Source: Candidatus Electrothrix yaqonensis
GTDB taxonomy: Bacteria > Desulfobacterota > Desulfobulbia > Desulfobulbales > Desulfobulbaceae
Length of the DNA: 32,000 nucleotides
Reading direction: 5' to 3'
NCBI GenBank assembly: GCA_047651235.1
Contig: CP178758.1
Location: forward strand, 3,600,001-3,632,000
This document shows positions 1 through 9,230 of this stretch, piece by piece. Position 1 is the stretch's first letter, and each line of letters opens with the position of its first letter. A program made the translations under genes and the position numbers. The notes beneath the pieces are model-generated. The model saw only the letters and a list, made by a program, of their open reading frames with translations. It ran no database searches and had not been told where the DNA came from.

Positions 1-1373
1 GAAAGCAGGGAGAGAACCGGATTTCCCCCTTCATCGCCGGAAGAGGCTGAAGAGGTGAGTTCGGCTGCGGCAAGTTCAATATTGCCGAGAATTGCTGAAA
101 GCAGATTATTGAAATCATGCGCTATGCCTCCGGCAAGAACCCCGACGGACTCCAGTTTCCGTATCTTGGCCTGCTCCTTTTCCATTTCTTTTTCCCAAGT
201 GATATCCCGGAAGATAATAACAGCACCGATCACTCTGTTTTCCCGATCCCGGATAGGCGCTCCGCTGTCGGCAATATTCAGCTTTCTCCCGTCGCTGTGC
301 AGCAGAACAGTATTCCCGGTACCGTCAAACCTTCTGCCAGACTGCAGGATCATGGCAACCGGGCTCGGTATTTTCTCACCGCTTTCTTCATCAAAAATCC
401 TGAGCAGTTCATCAGCTGGCCTGCCGACCGCTTCCGCATTATTCCAGCCTGTCAACTGTTCCGCAGCTCTGTTGATGAAAATGATTTTTCCCTGCACATC
501 AGTACTGATTACTCCGTCGGCGATGGACTGGAGCATGACCCCGAGCCGTTCCCGTTCTTCTTCAGCCTGCTGCTTTGCCCGCTTCAGGGCAGTAATATTC
601 CTGCAGATCCCTATAACGCCCATCAGTTTGCCGTCAGGGCAGATGTAGGGAGTTTTCCGGATATCAAAAAACAGTTCACCGTCATCGGGAGTAACAAACA
701 GCTCCTCTATCCGTGCGGACATACCGGACACGAGAACGTCCTGGTCTCCATACCTGAAAGAACCAGCTATTTCACTTGAAAAAACAGCGGCATCAGTTTT
801 GCCGACAATCTCCTCTTCCCGCCTGCCGGACAGCGTTTCAAACGCCCGGTTACAGCCGATGTAAGTATTATCCACATCTTTAAAATAAATCGGATCAGGA
901 ATGGAATTGATCAGGGCCTCAAGCATATTTTTCTGCTGCAGCAGCTCCTCCCTGGTTTCCCTGAGCCTGAGTGCCTTTTTCCGCAGCGTAATATGGGTAT
1001 TGATCCGGGCCAGCACCTCAATCTGCTGAAAAGGCTTGGTGATATAATCGACCCCGCCGGCCTCAAAACCCGCGACCTTATCCTCCACTGTATCAAGCGC
1101 GGTCATAAAGATGACAGGAATATCGGCAAGCCGGTTATCCTGCCGGATCCTCCGGCAGGTTTCCAGCCCGTCCATCTCCGGCATCACCACATCCAGCAGG
1201 ATGAGATCCGGAACAACCTTCTGCAGGATATCCAGAGCCTGTACGCCGTTCTGCGCAACACGAATCCCGAAATCCTGCTCCTGCAGAAACGAAAACAGGA
1301 TTTCCAGATTCACCGCCTGATCATCAACGATCAGAATAATACCTTTTTCTTTTCGCTTCTTCTGACGACTCAT
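1..1373 (-). CDS. Hybrid sensor protein with an N-terminal receiver (REC), two PAS-like domains and the start of a HisKA kinase domain; the 3' end runs off the window
   Basis: This ORF is absent from the ORF track because it is open to the window edge. My translation of the minus strand from the ATG (complement of 1371-1373) gives MSRQKKRKEKGIILIVDDQAVNLEILFSFL...DLILLDVVMPEMDGLETCRRIR...GGVDYITKPF, which is a REC domain. PAS-like blocks follow (LEALINSIPDPIYFKD, LQSIADGVISTDVQGKIIFINRAAEQLTGW), then the H-box LESVGVLAGGIAHDFNNLLSAILG. The + strand ORFs 55..648 and 117..779 are antisense artefacts. Confidence 0.85.
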   Translation of the reverse strand, partial: MSRQKKRKEKGIILIVDDQAVNLEILFSFLQEQDFGIRVAQNGVQALDILQKVVPDLILLDVVMPEMDGLETCRRIRQDNRLADIPVIFMTALDTVEDKVAGFEAGGVDYITKPFQQIEVLARINTHITLRKKALRLRETREELLQQKNMLEALINSIPDPIYFKDVDNTYIGCNRAFETLSGRREEEIVGKTDAAVFSSEIAGSFRYGDQDVLVSGMSARIEELFVTPDDGELFFDIRKTPYICPDGKLMGVIGICRNITALKRAKQQAEEERERLGVMLQSIADGVISTDVQGKIIFINRAAEQLTGWNNAEAVGRPADELLRIFDEESGEKIPSPVAMILQSGRRFDGTGNTVLLHSDGRKLNIADSGAPIRDRENRVIGAVIIFRDITWEKEMEKEQAKIRKLESVGVLAGGIAHDFNNLLSAILGNIELAAAELTSSASSGDEGGNPVLSLL

Positions 1374-1882
1374 ATAAATGTATTCTACATTCAACATTGA
1401 TTGACCGGCCCAACGATCAGGAGCAGCCGCATTGTCCGGCAGCAGGGAAACCGCACTGCCCGGTGTTTTTTTCAGAGCGTCTCTTTACAGCTTTACCAGC
1501 TTTACAGAGAAGACGCAGGAAAAATCTCTGTGGCTGCAGCACGCAAATATCCAACAACTGTATCCTATCAGAATCAGGCATGACAAGTCAAACAGGGATT
1601 TTGCTCTGATATCGAGCTGTTCTTCCTCTGCTGCCGGGCCAGACAGGCATGATGTTCTTCTGAAGTTCGTTGTCATGCAGGCCGTTCTATGGTACTTTTA
1701 CAGTTCTTCTTCCATGTTCAACGGAAGATACATTTCTTCATGTTTCATGAAATTCGCCCGCCCACACCCGGCACAGCAGAACCGACGGAACTGTACATTG
1801 TTTTTTCTTTCTCAACCTGTCGGGCAGAGCAAAAAATATTTACGATAAAGCAAAACAGGAAAGACAGGAGATCGGACAAATT

Positions 1883-3649
1883 ATGCGCTACTCACAGATG
1901 TTGCTCCCCACCACAAAAGAAATACCGGCCGAGGCTGAGGTCATCAGCCATCAGCTCCTGCTGCGGGCCGGTTTTATCCGCAAACTGACCTCCGGGTTGT
2001 ATACCTATCTGCCCATCGGGCTGGCTGCCGTAAAAAAAGTGGAAGCCATTGTCCGGGAAGAAATGAACCGGGCCGGGGCCCAGGAACTGCTTATGCCGAT
2101 GGTCCAGCCAGCAGATCTCTGGCAGGAATCAGGACGCTGGAAAAAATACGGGCCGGAGCTGCTCCGCTTTCAGGACCGCCACAATCGGGACTACTGCCTC
2201 GGCCCGACCCATGAGGAGGTCATAACCGATATCGCCCGCCGGGAACTGCATTCCTACCGACAGCTTCCCATGAATCTGTATCAGATTCAGACCAAATTCC
2301 GTGACGAAATCCGCCCCCGGTTCGGCCTGATGCGCGGTCGTGAATTCGTGATGAAAGATGCCTACTCCTTTGACGTCAGTGACGAAGGGGCCGGGGAGAC
2401 CTATCAGGCCATGCATGCGGCCTACACCCGCATCTTTCAGCGCTGCGGTCTGGAGTTCCGGGCCGTGGAAGCGGATTCTGGCAGCATAGGCGGTTCCTTT
2501 TCCCATGAATTCATGGTGCTGGCAGACACCGGAGAGGACACGCTGGTGATCTGCCGGGAATGCGACTACGCCGCGAACATTGAAAAGGCCAGGGTCGTTC
2601 TGCTGGAAACTAACGACGACTCCAAGGATACTGCTGTCAAGCTGCAGGAACGGACCAGGGTGGCTACTCCGGGCATGAAAAAGGTGGATCGGGTCGCGGA
2701 ATTCTTGGGCGTCACGCCGCAGGAAATCATCAAAACCATGATCTACCTTGCCGACGGCGAACCGGTGGCCGTGCTGGTGCGCGGAGATCGGGAGGTGCAG
2801 TCAGTCAAGCTCAAAAATCTGCTCGACGCCGCTGAGGTCGAACTTGCTGATGACGATACGGTTTGGGAAATGACCAAGCTGCCTGTCGGCTACCTGGGAC
2901 CGGTTGATCTGCCGATCAGGGTCGTGGCTGATCAGGAGGTCATGACCATGCGCAATGCTGTTGCCGGGGCCAATGAAAAAGGCCATCATCTCACCGGAGT
3001 GAATCCGGGCCGGGATTTCACGCCCCTGCTCATCGGTGACCTCCGCCAGATCACCGACCAGGACCGCTGTCCGGTCTGTCAGGGGCCGCTGGAGCTGACA
3101 GAGGGTATTGAAGTCGGACATATTTTTAAACTGGGGGCCAGCTATTCCGAGGCCATGCATGCCGTGTTTCAGGATCAGGACGGCAAGGAACAGACCATGA
3201 TTATGGGCTGCTACGGCATCGGGGTCAGCCGGGTAGTTGCGGCTGCCATTGAACAGAACCACGATAAGAACGGCATTATCTTTCCCCTGCCCCTTGCCCC
3301 GTTCCAGGTCATAATTCTCAATCTGGGGATAAAAAGCAAAGAAACCACAGCAGCGGCAGAACAACTGTATCAGGAACTCCGGGATGCCGGCATCGAGGTG
3401 CTGCTGGATGACCGGGATGAACGGCCCGGATCAAAATTCAAGGACGCCGATCTGATCGGGATTCCCTATCGGATAACCGTGGGCAAGACGTGGGAAAAAG
3501 ACGGCAAGGTGGAACTGCGTTCCCGGCGGGATGGGACAACGACCCTGCTTGACCATGCGCAGGCGGCAGCGGCAACAACCGACATGATCCGTGCGGAGCT
3601 GTGTTCCATTGCGAACATTGTGCAGCAGGCTGCCGGACAACAAAAATAG
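1883..3649 (+). CDS. proS: Prolyl-tRNA synthetase
   Basis: The 588-aa ORF starts [47 protein letters not shown], a typical bacterial ProRS N-terminus. Class II motifs are present ([35 protein letters not shown]). AGGAG lies about 10 nt upstream of the ATG. Confidence 0.95.
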   Translation: MRYSQMLLPTTKEIPAEAEVISHQLLLRAGFIRKLTSGLYTYLPIGLAAVKKVEAIVREEMNRAGAQELLMPMVQPADLWQESGRWKKYGPELLRFQDRHNRDYCLGPTHEEVITDIARRELHSYRQLPMNLYQIQTKFRDEIRPRFGLMRGREFVMKDAYSFDVSDEGAGETYQAMHAAYTRIFQRCGLEFRAVEADSGSIGGSFSHEFMVLADTGEDTLVICRECDYAANIEKARVVLLETNDDSKDTAVKLQERTRVATPGMKKVDRVAEFLGVTPQEIIKTMIYLADGEPVAVLVRGDREVQSVKLKNLLDAAEVELADDDTVWEMTKLPVGYLGPVDLPIRVVADQEVMTMRNAVAGANEKGHHLTGVNPGRDFTPLLIGDLRQITDQDRCPVCQGPLELTEGIEVGHIFKLGASYSEAMHAVFQDQDGKEQTMIMGCYGIGVSRVVAAAIEQNHDKNGIIFPLPLAPFQVIILNLGIKSKETTAAAEQLYQELRDAGIEVLLDDRDERPGSKFKDADLIGIPYRITVGKTWEKDGKVELRSRRDGTTTLLDHAQAAAATTDMIRAELCSIANIVQQAAGQQK

Positions 3650-3660
3650 AAAGAGTCCTG

Positions 3661-5868
3661 ATGCCTGCCAAGGAACCTTTCGCCTCTTCCGAGGCGATGA
3701 TTTATTTCAACACCCTGATTGCCACAACCCATGAGTATCTGCACGAGGTTGATCTGGCTCCGCTGAAAAAAGCCTATACCTTTGCGGAAGAGCGGCACAG
3801 GGAAGCGCATCATTCTTCAGGCAGGCCGTATATTGAGCACCTGCTGGATGTGGCCAATACCCTTGCCTCTATGCGGCTCGACCTTGATACGATTACCGCT
3901 GCCCTGCTCCACGGTATGCTCAAAGAGGAAGCAGCCACCCCTGATGAACTGGAAAAACAGTTCGGGCCTGATGTGGCCAATATCGTCAACGGGACCACCA
4001 GGATCACCAATGTCCATTATGACTCAAAAATGGCCTATCAGGCGGAGAATATCCGCAAGCTGTTCCTTGCTATGGGGTCGGACATCCGGGTGCTGCTGGT
4101 CAAGCTGGCGGACAGACTGCACGACATGCTCAGCCTGCGGCAGGCAGAGAGGGAACGACAGCGGCATCTGGCGCGAGAGACTATGGACCTCTATGCGCCG
4201 CTGGCCAGCCGTCTGGGCATCGACTGGATGAAACGGGAGCTGGAGGATCTGTCCTTTCAGTATCTTTTTCCGGCAGAATACAAGGAGCTGATGGCCCATC
4301 TGGTCAGCACTCTGGGCGAGCGGGAACAATACGTCGATGAGGTGATTGGCATTCTGCGCAGAAAACTGCGGAGGAATAATGTGTTTCCCATCCGGGTCAT
4401 CGGGCGGCCCAAGCATCTCTATTCCATCTATAAGAAACTGGTGGTCCAGAACATCCCGGTCGAGCAGGTGTACGACAAGGTGGCCTTCCGCATTATCGTG
4501 CATACGATCAAGGAATGCTACGAGGCCCTGGGCACCATCCACAGCAGCTGGATACCCGTTCCAGGCCGGATCAAAGATTTTATTTCTGCGCCCAAATCCA
4601 ATAATTATCAGTCGCTGCACACCACGGTGGCCGGTCCGGGCGGCCATTTCATTGAAATCCAGATCCGCACCGAGGAAATGGATAAGGTGGCCCAGGAAGG
4701 CGTTGCTGCCCATTGGGCCTATAAAGAAGGCCAGAAGATCAATTCCAAGGATGCCCGTCTGTTCAGGGAGTTGAAACAGCTGGTTCAGGCCCTGCAGGAG
4801 GTGGAAGACCCCGGCGAATTTCTTGATACAGTGCGGGGCGAGCTGTTTGATCCGGATGTCTATGCCCTCACTCCCACGGGTGAGGTACGGGAGCTGCCTC
4901 GTGGGTCCACGCCCATTGATTTCGCCTATGCCATTCACACGGCTGTCGGGGACCGATGCACGGGCGCCAGAGTCAACGGTCGGCTGGTGCAGCTGAAATA
5001 CGAACTGCAGAACGGCGACATTGTCGAGATTATCACTTCCAGAAATCAGCATCCGAAACGGGCCTGGCTGCAGCTGGTCAAAACCAGCCGGGCCAGAGCA
5101 AAGATCAGGCAGTGGCTGCGTAAGGAAGAAAAAGAAAAGGCACTGCTGACCGGACGTGAGATATGTGAGCGTGAGCTGAAACAGCGCGATACCAGCCTGA
5201 AAAAACTGCTCAAAAGCGGTCATATCCGGCTGCTCCTGGAAAAACTGCGCTGCAACTCTCTGGATGATCTGCTGGCCAAAGTCGGCACCGGAACCATCAC
5301 GATACAGCAGCTGGAACGGGCCCTCCTGCCGGAAGAAATGCTGCAGGAAGAAAAAGAGCAGCGGCAGCAGGAGGAGCTGCTGGAACGGGTGGCCGAGGCT
5401 GAAAGCAGGGCCGCTCTGACCGCGACCGTAAAAGGAGCTGTTGAAGTCGATGGTGTTGATGATATGCTGATTAAGATCAGTCAGTGCTGCAGACCGGTGC
5501 CGGGGGACGAAATTATCGGTTTTATCACCACCGGCAGTGGCGTCTCCGTGCATAAGGCCAAATGTCCCAATCTGCTGGCCACCGATCCGGTCCGATGGCT
5601 TGAAGTCAAATGGACCGGGGCAGCCGCCCAGAATACCCACCGCGCGGAGCTGTTTCTGCGGGCCGAGGACAGAAAGAATTTGCTGGTCGATATCAGCTCG
5701 TGTATCTCCAGTGATGACGCAAATATTGTTGAATTCAACTCCCGTACCACTCCGGACAATATTGCCGAATTCAACGTGGTCCTGGAAATTGCCGATCTGG
5801 ACCATCTGCAGATTCTGCAGACCCATCTGCGGCAGATTCCGGAAATGATCGAGGTACGCAGGCGGTAA
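3661..5868 (+). CDS. relA: RelA/SpoT homologue (long RSH, (p)ppGpp synthetase) whose hydrolase-domain motifs look degenerate
   Basis: The synthetase core reads RPKHLYSIYKKLV...YDKVAFRIIV...PGRIKDFISAPKSNNYQSLHTTV...EIQIRTEEMDKVAQEGVAAHWAYKE. A TGS region (TPTGEVRELPRGSTPIDFAYAIHTAVG) and a C-terminal ACT-like region follow. I chose the ATG at 3661 (MPAKEP...) over the track start at 3601, which overlaps the end of proS. Confidence 0.9.
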   Translation: MPAKEPFASSEAMIYFNTLIATTHEYLHEVDLAPLKKAYTFAEERHREAHHSSGRPYIEHLLDVANTLASMRLDLDTITAALLHGMLKEEAATPDELEKQFGPDVANIVNGTTRITNVHYDSKMAYQAENIRKLFLAMGSDIRVLLVKLADRLHDMLSLRQAERERQRHLARETMDLYAPLASRLGIDWMKRELEDLSFQYLFPAEYKELMAHLVSTLGEREQYVDEVIGILRRKLRRNNVFPIRVIGRPKHLYSIYKKLVVQNIPVEQVYDKVAFRIIVHTIKECYEALGTIHSSWIPVPGRIKDFISAPKSNNYQSLHTTVAGPGGHFIEIQIRTEEMDKVAQEGVAAHWAYKEGQKINSKDARLFRELKQLVQALQEVEDPGEFLDTVRGELFDPDVYALTPTGEVRELPRGSTPIDFAYAIHTAVGDRCTGARVNGRLVQLKYELQNGDIVEIITSRNQHPKRAWLQLVKTSRARAKIRQWLRKEEKEKALLTGREICERELKQRDTSLKKLLKSGHIRLLLEKLRCNSLDDLLAKVGTGTITIQQLERALLPEEMLQEEKEQRQQEELLERVAEAESRAALTATVKGAVEVDGVDDMLIKISQCCRPVPGDEIIGFITTGSGVSVHKAKCPNLLATDPVRWLEVKWTGAAAQNTHRAELFLRAEDRKNLLVDISSCISSDDANIVEFNSRTTPDNIAEFNVVLEIADLDHLQILQTHLRQIPEMIEVRRR

Positions 5869-5872
5869 TTCG

Positions 5873-6316
5873 ATGGAATTTCTCTGCCAAGTCTGCGGCA
5901 ATGAGGTGGAACCGGGCATCGGCCGCTGTCCTTTCTGTGGGGCAAAGCTGAAATTTCCCGCTCCCCGGCGGAGTCTGCAGCACAGGGTTGTCAAGCTGAA
6001 ACAGGGAATGCCTACGGTAGAACAGGCCTTGGCCCGGCTTGACCGCGAACTGCACCAGGCCCGCCTGGAACGCTGCCGGATTCTGACCCTGATTCACGGC
6101 TACGGGTCCACCGGCCGTGGCGGGGCAATCCGGGAGGAAATCCGGAACAGACTGCAGTATCTTAAATATCAGGGCAGAATCAACGATATTCTTCTGGGAG
6201 AAGAGTTCAGCACCGGGACCGGCACCGGACGCCATCTGCTGCGCCGTTTTCCTTTTCTCCGGCAGCACCAGGATTTGAACCGGGGCAATCGGGGAATAAC
6301 CTTGGTGATTATCTGA
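5873..6316 (+). CDS. Smr-domain protein with an N-terminal zinc ribbon
   Basis: The sequence has CQVCGNEVEPGIGRCPFCG (CxxC...CxxC) followed by a Smr-like core (LKQGMPTVEQALARLDRELHQARLERCRILTLIHGYGSTGRGGAIREEI). It starts 5 nt after the stop of the RSH gene. Confidence 0.7.
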   Translation: MEFLCQVCGNEVEPGIGRCPFCGAKLKFPAPRRSLQHRVVKLKQGMPTVEQALARLDRELHQARLERCRILTLIHGYGSTGRGGAIREEIRNRLQYLKYQGRINDILLGEEFSTGTGTGRHLLRRFPFLRQHQDLNRGNRGITLVII

Positions 6317-6386
6317 ATTCAGGAAGTATCATCTCAACCTTTTCAATATCGGCAGAAAGGGCCGTTCCGTTCAGCGGAAACAGAGA

Positions 6387-6415
6387 TTGACTTTTTTTCT
6401 GCTCTACCGTACAGT
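6387..6415 (+). promoter_or_regulatory. Candidate sigma70-type promoter for the DtxR-family gene
   Basis: TTGACT (6387-6392), a 17-nt spacer, then TACAGT (6410-6415), about 35 nt upstream of the ATG at 6451. This is a consensus match only. Confidence 0.3.
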
Positions 6416-6450
6416 TTCGGGTAATTTCAGGTCTTCACACAAAATCATCC

Positions 6451-6933
6451 ATGCCTTCCAAAAACAGACTCACCGCCAGCCAGGAGGATTATCTGGAGGC
6501 GATCTATCACATTTCTGATGACAAGATGGCGGCACGGGCCAAGGATATTGCCGACTATCTTGACGTGCGTGCGTCGTCTGTGACCGGAGCGCTGCGTACT
6601 CTAGGCAAGAGAGGGCTGGTCAACTATGCCCCGTATGACCTGATTACTCTGACGGATAAAGGCCGTGCTGCTGCTGAAGAGATTGTCCATCGCCATCAGG
6701 CTCTGGAAAAATTTCTGGTCAATGTGCTGGGGGTTGGACAGGAAGAGGCGGACAAGGCGGCCTGCAGAATGGAACATGCTGTGCCCAAGGCGATTGTGGA
6801 GCGCCTGGTGAAATATGCCGAGTATGTGGAAAAATGTCCGAAAGGCGGAATTACTTGGGAATCAGGCTTCGGGTATTACTGCAGGCACGGCTGCACGGAA
6901 GAAGATTGCAGGAACTGCCAGTATAAAGAGTAA
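6451..6933 (+). CDS. DtxR/MntR-family metal-dependent transcriptional regulator with a Cys-rich C-terminal tail
   Basis: The N-terminal wHTH reads LTASQEDYLEAIYHISDDKMAARAKDIADYLDVRASSVTGALRTLGKRGLV. The dimerisation and metal region reads HRHQALEKFLVNVLGV...ACRMEHAV. The tail is KCPKGGITWESGFGYYCRHGCTEEDCRNCQYKE. Confidence 0.8.
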   Translation: MPSKNRLTASQEDYLEAIYHISDDKMAARAKDIADYLDVRASSVTGALRTLGKRGLVNYAPYDLITLTDKGRAAAEEIVHRHQALEKFLVNVLGVGQEEADKAACRMEHAVPKAIVERLVKYAEYVEKCPKGGITWESGFGYYCRHGCTEEDCRNCQYKE

Positions 6934-7221
6934 CTGTCCAGTTCCGTGTGATCATTACCTGAAAGAAGGCAGCCTCTTTTCAAGCCCGCGAACAGATCTT
7001 TCTGAGCTTTTTAAAAAGCCTGAAATTTCAAGGTGAGCAGTGTCTGAGATTTGTCCGGCACAAAGAGTAACCGGAAGCAAGCCAACTGCAAGTTGCCGGA
7101 TCATTTCGGAGCAGCCTGCCTTTCTCTGCCCCCTCCTCGACGCTGGCCGAGAGAGGGGAGGGAGCGGACAGGCCGAATCCGTTCTTTTTTTTGTCGGTAT
7201 TTCGACTATCTTTTCTGACAG

Positions 7222-7695
7222 TTAATCGTCATGCCTACCATATCGATATTCGTAGCGGTCATCATCATCATGTCGTTCATATGAGCTGTAGTAGCTCGTG
7301 CTGGGCCGGTATGTTGTGCTGGGCCGGTATGACGAACTGCTGCTGTAACCGCTGTAGCTGCTGCTGGGCCGGTATGTTGTGCTGGGCCGGTATGACGAAC
7401 TGCTGCTGTAACCGCTGTAGCTGCTGCTGGGCCGGTATGTTGTGCTGGGCCGGTATGACGAACTGCTGCTGTAACCGCTGTAGCTGCTGCTGGGCCGGTA
7501 TGTTGTGCTGGGCCGGTATGACGAACTGCTGCTGTAACCGCTGTAGCTGCTGCTGGGCCGGTATGTTGTGCTGGGCCGGTATGACGAACTGCTTCTGTAG
7601 TATTCATAGCGATCGTCATCGCTGGCCGACGCAGTACTCAGGAACAAACCTGCAAAGAAAACGCCGCCGATCAATCCTGTCATAATTCTCTTCAT
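7222..7695 (-). CDS. Small secreted Ser/Tyr/Arg/Pro-rich tandem-repeat protein (hypothetical)
   Basis: AGGAGG sits 7 nt upstream of the ATG (minus strand ...caggaggattaacgATG). A clear Sec signal peptide is present (MKRIMTGLIGGVFFAGLFLSTASA|SDDD). Then come about 4.7 copies of the 21-aa unit YRPSTTYRPSSSYSGYSSSSS, flanked on both sides by acidic DDDRYEY motifs. Confidence 0.7.
   Translation of the reverse strand: MKRIMTGLIGGVFFAGLFLSTASASDDDRYEYYRSSSSYRPSTTYRPSSSYSGYSSSSSYRPSTTYRPSSSYSGYSSSSSYRPSTTYRPSSSYSGYSSSSSYRPSTTYRPSSSYSGYSSSSSYRPSTTYRPSTSYYSSYERHDDDDRYEYRYGRHDD
7285..7600. repeat. 63-bp tandem repeat, about 4.7 copies, nearly identical
   Basis: The unit ctgggccggtatgttgtgctgggccggtatgacgaactgctgctgtaaccgctgtagctgctg starts at 7301, 7364, 7427, 7490 and 7553. 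An 18-bp sub-repeat (gctgggccggtatgNNN) lies inside each unit. The repeat is in frame with CDS 7222..7695. Confidence 0.95.
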
Positions 7696-7904
7696 CGTTA
7701 ATCCTCCTGTCTGGTGTTGTTGTATCCTTCCTTTTTTACGAGAAGGTTGAAACTCTATACTTCATACAATAGCAGAGGAAAGATTAACGGAAGATGAACA
7801 GACTTTATTTTTTCATGCGAAGAGAAAATTAATTTATTCTTTCCCATAAAAACAAACAGTTAATTTGACATCATATCATCTGTGGTCCGATATGAGATGT
7901 TTCT

Positions 7905-9230
7905 TCACCCCATCTTCCGCACCGTTTTTCCGATCCGTTCCATCTCGGTCAGGATCGCTTTCTCATCCAAGGTGGTCAGCTGCCGGTCCCGCATCACCAC
8001 TTGGCCGTTGATTACCGAGTGAATCACATCGCCGCCTTGGGCTGCATACACCAGATGGGAAATCGGGTTGTAGACCGGGGTCAGATGTGGCTGATCCATA
8101 TCCAGTATGATGATGTCCGCCTTTTTACCCACCGCAAGACTTCCGATCTCCGCTTCCGCGCCCAGCAGGGCTGCACCGCCCAGGGTGGCGGCATGGAGGG
8201 TGGTGGCGGCATTCATCACGGTCGGATCCATGCGGATTACTTTGTGGAGTTTGGCTGTCGCATTCATCTCCCCAAACAGGTCCACATCGTTGTTGGAAGC
8301 GCTGCCGTCCGTGCCGAGCCCCACGGTCACCCCCTTGTCCAGCATATCCGGTATTGGTGCTGCGCCGGAAGCCAGCTTCATGTTGGATTCTGGACAATGG
8401 GCAATTTTCACTCCCCGTTGAGCAAGCAGCTCAATCTCCTGTCCGCTGACCATCACGCCATGCGCAGCCATCACCCGTTCATTCAGCAAAGCAAGATTTT
8501 CCAGATGCTGCACCGGTGAGCAGCCGTACCGCTCTGTGCAGGTCTTGACCTCGTCCTGATTTTCCGAAAGATGGATATGATACAGAGCATTTTTCTCCTC
8601 GGCTTGGGCAGCCAGCCGCTCCAGCAGGGCAGGAGAGCAGGTGTAGACCGAGTGCGGGTTCACCGTGACGCTGATCAGCTCATTGTCAGCATATTGTTCA
8701 AACAGCTCTTCGGTGTAGGCAAAGCCGTTTTCCAGCTCGCCGTAGTTGGGTGAGGGAAAGTCGTAGAGTACCTCGCCCAGCCAGGTCCGCATTCCCGACT
8801 CTGCTGCTGCACGGGCCACATCCTTTGCAAAGAGATACATATCGTTGAAGCTGGTCGTGCCGGATCGGATCATCTCGCAGATGGAAAGCAGGGTGGAGTG
8901 ATAGACCATTTCCGGGGTCAGCTGCGCCTCTCTGGGGAAGATATGCTCCTGCAGCCATTCCATGAGCGGCAGGTCGTCAGCCAGCCCACGAAAGCAGGAC
9001 ATGGCCGCATGGGTGTGGCTGTTGATCAGGCCGGGCATGATCAGCCCGTGCGGATGAGCGAGGCAGTCCGCCTGCGGGTATTTTTCCGCCAGATTCGGGC
9101 CGATCTCGACGATACGGTCATCGGCAACAGCAACCGAGATATTTTTCTGCTCCTGCACGTCTCGACTGTTTGCCACCAGATAGCGGCCGGAGAGGATCAG
9201 ATGGTCGTTTGATTGTACCTCACGGCTCAT
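7905..9230 (-). CDS. mtaD: 5-methylthioadenosine/S-adenosylhomocysteine deaminase (amidohydrolase superfamily)
   Basis: The 441-aa ORF contains GLIMPGLINSHTHAAMSCFRGLADDLPLMEWLQEHIFP, the HxH metal motif in MtaD-type context. Further motifs are HIHLSEN, AHGV and GLGTDGSASNN. It overlaps the upstream PNP gene by 4 nt (ATGA). Confidence 0.85.
   Translation of the reverse strand: MSREVQSNDHLILSGRYLVANSRDVQEQKNISVAVADDRIVEIGPNLAEKYPQADCLAHPHGLIMPGLINSHTHAAMSCFRGLADDLPLMEWLQEHIFPREAQLTPEMVYHSTLLSICEMIRSGTTSFNDMYLFAKDVARAAAESGMRTWLGEVLYDFPSPNYGELENGFAYTEELFEQYADNELISVTVNPHSVYTCSPALLERLAAQAEEKNALYHIHLSENQDEVKTCTERYGCSPVQHLENLALLNERVMAAHGVMVSGQEIELLAQRGVKIAHCPESNMKLASGAAPIPDMLDKGVTVGLGTDGSASNNDVDLFGEMNATAKLHKVIRMDPTVMNAATTLHAATLGGAALLGAEAEIGSLAVGKKADIIILDMDQPHLTPVYNPISHLVYAAQGGDVIHSVINGQVVMRDRQLTTLDEKAILTEMERIGKTVRKMG

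Noticed and set aside
55-779. Two + strand ORFs of 197 and 220 aa at the left edge.
   Set aside because: They are antisense to the REC-PAS-PAS-HisKA gene, which I translated by hand and which has clear domain motifs. The + strand products are Ser/Pro/Phe-rich nonsense.
4024-5994. 656-aa ORF on the minus strand, the longest ORF in that region.
   Set aside because: It is entirely antisense to the unmistakable RelA/SpoT gene and the Smr gene. Its translation is low-complexity (Gln/Leu/Gly/Phe runs) with no recognisable motif. This is a typical shadow ORF in GC-biased coding DNA.
7125-7195. CT/GA-rich imperfect palindrome (CCCCCTCCTC...GAGAGGGGAGGG) followed by a T8 run, considered as a terminator for the DtxR gene.
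   Set aside because: The arms do not pair cleanly even allowing wobble. The T-run is about 25 nt from the palindrome, and the only adjacent stem is 4 bp. The support is too weak to report as a feature.
7285-7600. Possibility that the tandem repeats here and at 21978..22274 are CRISPR arrays.
   Set aside because: The repeats are contiguous with no unique spacers. Their periods (63 and 27 bp) are multiples of 3, they are in frame with well-supported CDSs, and there are no cas genes nearby.
7191-7685. A + strand ORF encoding a Cys-rich repeat (CCWAGMLCWAGMTNCCCNRCS x5), plus a second minus-frame ORF (7206..7619) across the 63-bp repeats.
   Set aside because: All three frames are open only because the repeat unit lacks stop codons. 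The + ORF starts at TTG with no SD or signal peptide, whereas the minus frame 7222..7695 has AGGAGG and a canonical signal peptide. The Cys-rich frame cannot be formally excluded without expression data.
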